Below are positions 25,692 to 27,668 of a stretch of DNA of 27,668 nucleotides, in pieces. Below the pieces are notes generated by a model that searched no databases, was not told where the DNA came from, and saw only the letters and a list, made by a program, of their open reading frames with translations. Both the position numbers and the translations under genes were made by a program. The number at the start of each line of letters is the position of its first letter. Positions within the stretch are counted from its first letter, which is position 1. Source of the DNA: Chthoniobacteraceae bacterium (GTDB taxonomy: Bacteria; Verrucomicrobiota; Verrucomicrobiia; Chthoniobacterales; Chthoniobacteraceae); the NCBI GenBank assembly GCA_031409655.1, contig JANNXQ010000181.1, forward strand, positions 1-27,668. Direction: 5' to 3'.

Positions 25692-26164
25692 CCACGCGCC
25701 TCACCTTCACGCCCATCGCCTCCATTCGCCGATGCAAATGGGATCCGAACGGACCCGCCTCGTAACCGGCGAATCAATAGACTCAGGTCATCTTCCGGCA
25801 CCGGCAGGCTTTCCCTCGACATCCCGCTCACTTTTTAGTAGCTATAGCACGATCGGTTCACGGGCCGTGTTTTCTCCTCTTCGCGCGGCACCGCAACGGT
25901 GCTCTGCCGGGCAGAGATGATCACAGGCTTTGCCTAGCTCCTCATCATCCTGCTCATGACCACGCCCCTCATCCGAGCCACTGCCTCGGGGCCTAGCGCC
26001 CGCTCCGCGCGATTCTGCGCGCAGGGCGCTCTTTCCGTCATTGGCATCACCGCGCAGCACGCATCATCCCCTCCGGTGGTCTGGCCGGATGCCCGCCTTT
26101 GGACCCCACTCCGAGACCGCTCACCCTTACCCCTTCGTCATTCGTCATTCATCCCCACCCACCC

Positions 26165-27668
26165 GTGAAAACCCTCCACCACCTCCTCACCCTGGCCCTG
26201 CTGCTCCTCAGCCATGTATCCCTCGATGCAGCGCAGCCCGGCAAGCCCCAGAACCTCACCTCCCCCGATCAAGTCCCCGAGGGGCTGGCCAAGTCCGACT
26301 GGTCCAGCATCCGCGCGGCTTATGAAGCAGGCCGGCACGCCTTCATGCCCACCGAGCGCGGCTGGCAGGCGCGCAATCCGGGCCAGCAGTGGACGACCCA
26401 ATTCGATGGACGCGGATTCCTGGCGAAGCCGAAGGAAGGGGACTGGACGTGGGGGCTGGAACTGCGCAGCTACGGCGTGGGGGAAAAGCAGACACCCGTG
26501 GGCGAGAGGCCACCGCAGGTGAAGGCGGCGGGCCAGCGCCTGACCTACGACTGGGACGCCACGCTTCAGGAGTGGTGGGTCAATGACCAGCGCGGGCTGG
26601 AGCACGGCTACATCGTCCGCGAGCGGCCGGAGCAGAAGACGGGGCGACAGGGAGAAGAGGAGACGGGGAGAAAAGCGAGCAGCGGCCCCTCTCCCAGTCT
26701 CATCGTCTCCCAGTCTCAGAGTCTCTCCTTCACCCTCGCCACCCGCGGCACGCTCACGCCCAAAGTCACCGCCGACGCTCTCGGCGTCGAGTTCCGCGAT
26801 GCCAGCGGGGCCACGGTGCTGCACTACGCCGGGCTGAAGGTCTGGGACGCGGATGGGAAGACGCTGCCTTCGCACTTTGAATCGGCCGGGGGAAAAGAGG
26901 TGCGCCTGCTGGTGGATGAGCGCGGCGCGCGTTACCCGCTCACGATTGATCCCATCGCCCAGCAGGCGTATGTGAAGCCCGCCGCCGTCGGCACCTCGCA
27001 GGTGAATGACCAGTTCGGCTACTCGGTGGCCGTCTCGGGCGACACGGTGGTCGTCGGGGCTTGGCTGGAGGACAGCAGCACGACGGGGGTGAACAGCACG
27101 CCCAACGATGCCGCCACCGATGCCGGAGCGGCCTACGTCTTCGTGCGCAGCGCCGGGGTGTGGACGCAGCAGGCGTATCTGAAGCCCGCCGCCGTCGGCA
27201 CCACGCAGGCGGGGGACTGGTTCGGCTTCTCGGTGGCCGTGTCGGGCGACACGGTGGTCGTCGGGGCCCACCAGGAGGACAGCGACACGACGGGGGTGCA
27301 AGCCGGAGCGGGCACGCCCAATGAGAGCGCCGCCCCCGATGCCGGAGCGGCCTACGTCTTCGTGCGCAGCGGGACGGTGTGGACGCAGCAGGCGTATCTG
27401 AAGCCCGCCGCCGTCGGCACCTCGCAGGTGAATGACCAGTTCGGCTACTCGGTGGCCGTCTCGGGCGACACGGTGGTCGTCGGCGCGAACCAAGAGGCCA
27501 GCACCACGACGGGAGTGAACAGCACGCCCAATGACGACTTCACCAACTCCGCAGCCGGAGCGGCCTACGTCTTCGTGCGCAGCGGGACAGTGTGGACGCA
27601 GCAGGCGTATCTGAAGCCCGCCGCCGTCGGCACCACGCAGTATTATGACCTTTTCGGCTGGTCGGTGG
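26165..27668 (+). CDS. Exported FG-GAP/integrin-alpha-like beta-propeller repeat protein, 3'-truncated by window edge (absent from the ORF track because no stop is reached)
   Basis: GTG 26165: MKTLHHLLTLALLLLSHVSLDA signal peptide. N-terminal domain LQEWWVNDQRGLEHG...YAGLKVWDADGKTLPS...ARYPLTIDP, then repeats QQAYLKP...DxFGxSVAVSGDTVVVGA..ED...AGAAYVFVRSG.VW. Confidence 0.92.
   Translation, partial: MKTLHHLLTLALLLLSHVSLDAAQPGKPQNLTSPDQVPEGLAKSDWSSIRAAYEAGRHAFMPTERGWQARNPGQQWTTQFDGRGFLAKPKEGDWTWGLELRSYGVGEKQTPVGERPPQVKAAGQRLTYDWDATLQEWWVNDQRGLEHGYIVRERPEQKTGRQGEEETGRKASSGPSPSLIVSQSQSLSFTLATRGTLTPKVTADALGVEFRDASGATVLHYAGLKVWDADGKTLPSHFESAGGKEVRLLVDERGARYPLTIDPIAQQAYVKPAAVGTSQVNDQFGYSVAVSGDTVVVGAWLEDSSTTGVNSTPNDAATDAGAAYVFVRSAGVWTQQAYLKPAAVGTTQAGDWFGFSVAVSGDTVVVGAHQEDSDTTGVQAGAGTPNESAAPDAGAAYVFVRSGTVWTQQAYLKPAAVGTSQVNDQFGYSVAVSGDTVVVGANQEASTTTGVNSTPNDDFTNSAAGAAYVFVRSGTVWTQQAYLKPAAVGTTQYYDLFGWSV
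26637..26725. repeat. In-frame palindromic insert of 8-nt units (AGACGGGG ... CCAGTCTC) inside the FG-GAP gene
   Basis: agacgggg-cgacaggg-agaagagg-agacgggg ... ccagtctc-atcgtctc-ccagtctc-agagtctc; translates as low-complexity KTGRQGEEETGRKASSGPSPSLIVSQSQSL. Confidence 0.75.
26960..27668 (+). repeat. Near-identical intragenic tandem FG-GAP units (207-219 nt), at least 4 copies
   Basis: The anchor gaagcccgccgccgtcggcacc occurs at 26974, 27181, 27400 and 27613. Confidence 0.93.

Noticed and set aside
25690..26130. IS110 bridge RNA or other ncRNA in the long non-coding stretch
   Set aside because: Only short GC hairpins are visible, element ends cannot be defined, and a covariance-model search would be needed.
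26138..27493. 451-aa repetitive minus-strand ORF
   Set aside because: Mirror of the FG-GAP repeats; the real gene is on the plus strand from 26165.
26960..27668. Repeats as a CRISPR array or DGR template/variable pair
   Set aside because: Units are over 200 nt, in frame and coding. No cas or reverse transcriptase gene is in the window, and the differences include indels rather than an evident adenine-specific pattern.

Overview
GC-rich bacterial chromosomal window. The gene families, pyrimidine-rich leaders without Shine-Dalgarno sites and C-terminal 'QRFxRxxV' domains suggest Verrucomicrobiota (Chthoniobacter/Spartobacteria-like); this is inferred, not confirmed. Housekeeping genes are the end of a hybrid histidine kinase, a CDP-alcohol phosphatidyltransferase/phosphatidate cytidylyltransferase pair, a HAD phosphatase, recQ, a Trm112-like gene, ilvC, ilvN and an ABC ATPase. 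Many exported proteins are interspersed: a gluzincin-like peptidase, a YdjY-like/prenyltransferase-repeat/PQQ-propeller trio, a phytase-like esterase, an ~810-aa unknown, a C25-like/FN3/Calx-beta protein and an FG-GAP protein that runs off the right end. A decayed patch at ~24.8-26.1 kb holds a truncated surface-protein gene and an IS110 remnant. No rRNA, tRNA or CRISPR was seen. The two most notable signals are (1) four ~90-130 bp palindromic elements whose arms are built from 7-9-nt tandem units, one inserted in frame inside a gene, and (2) a C-terminal domain shared by three otherwise unrelated proteins, possibly a sorting signal. All calls come from reading motifs by eye; no searches were run.
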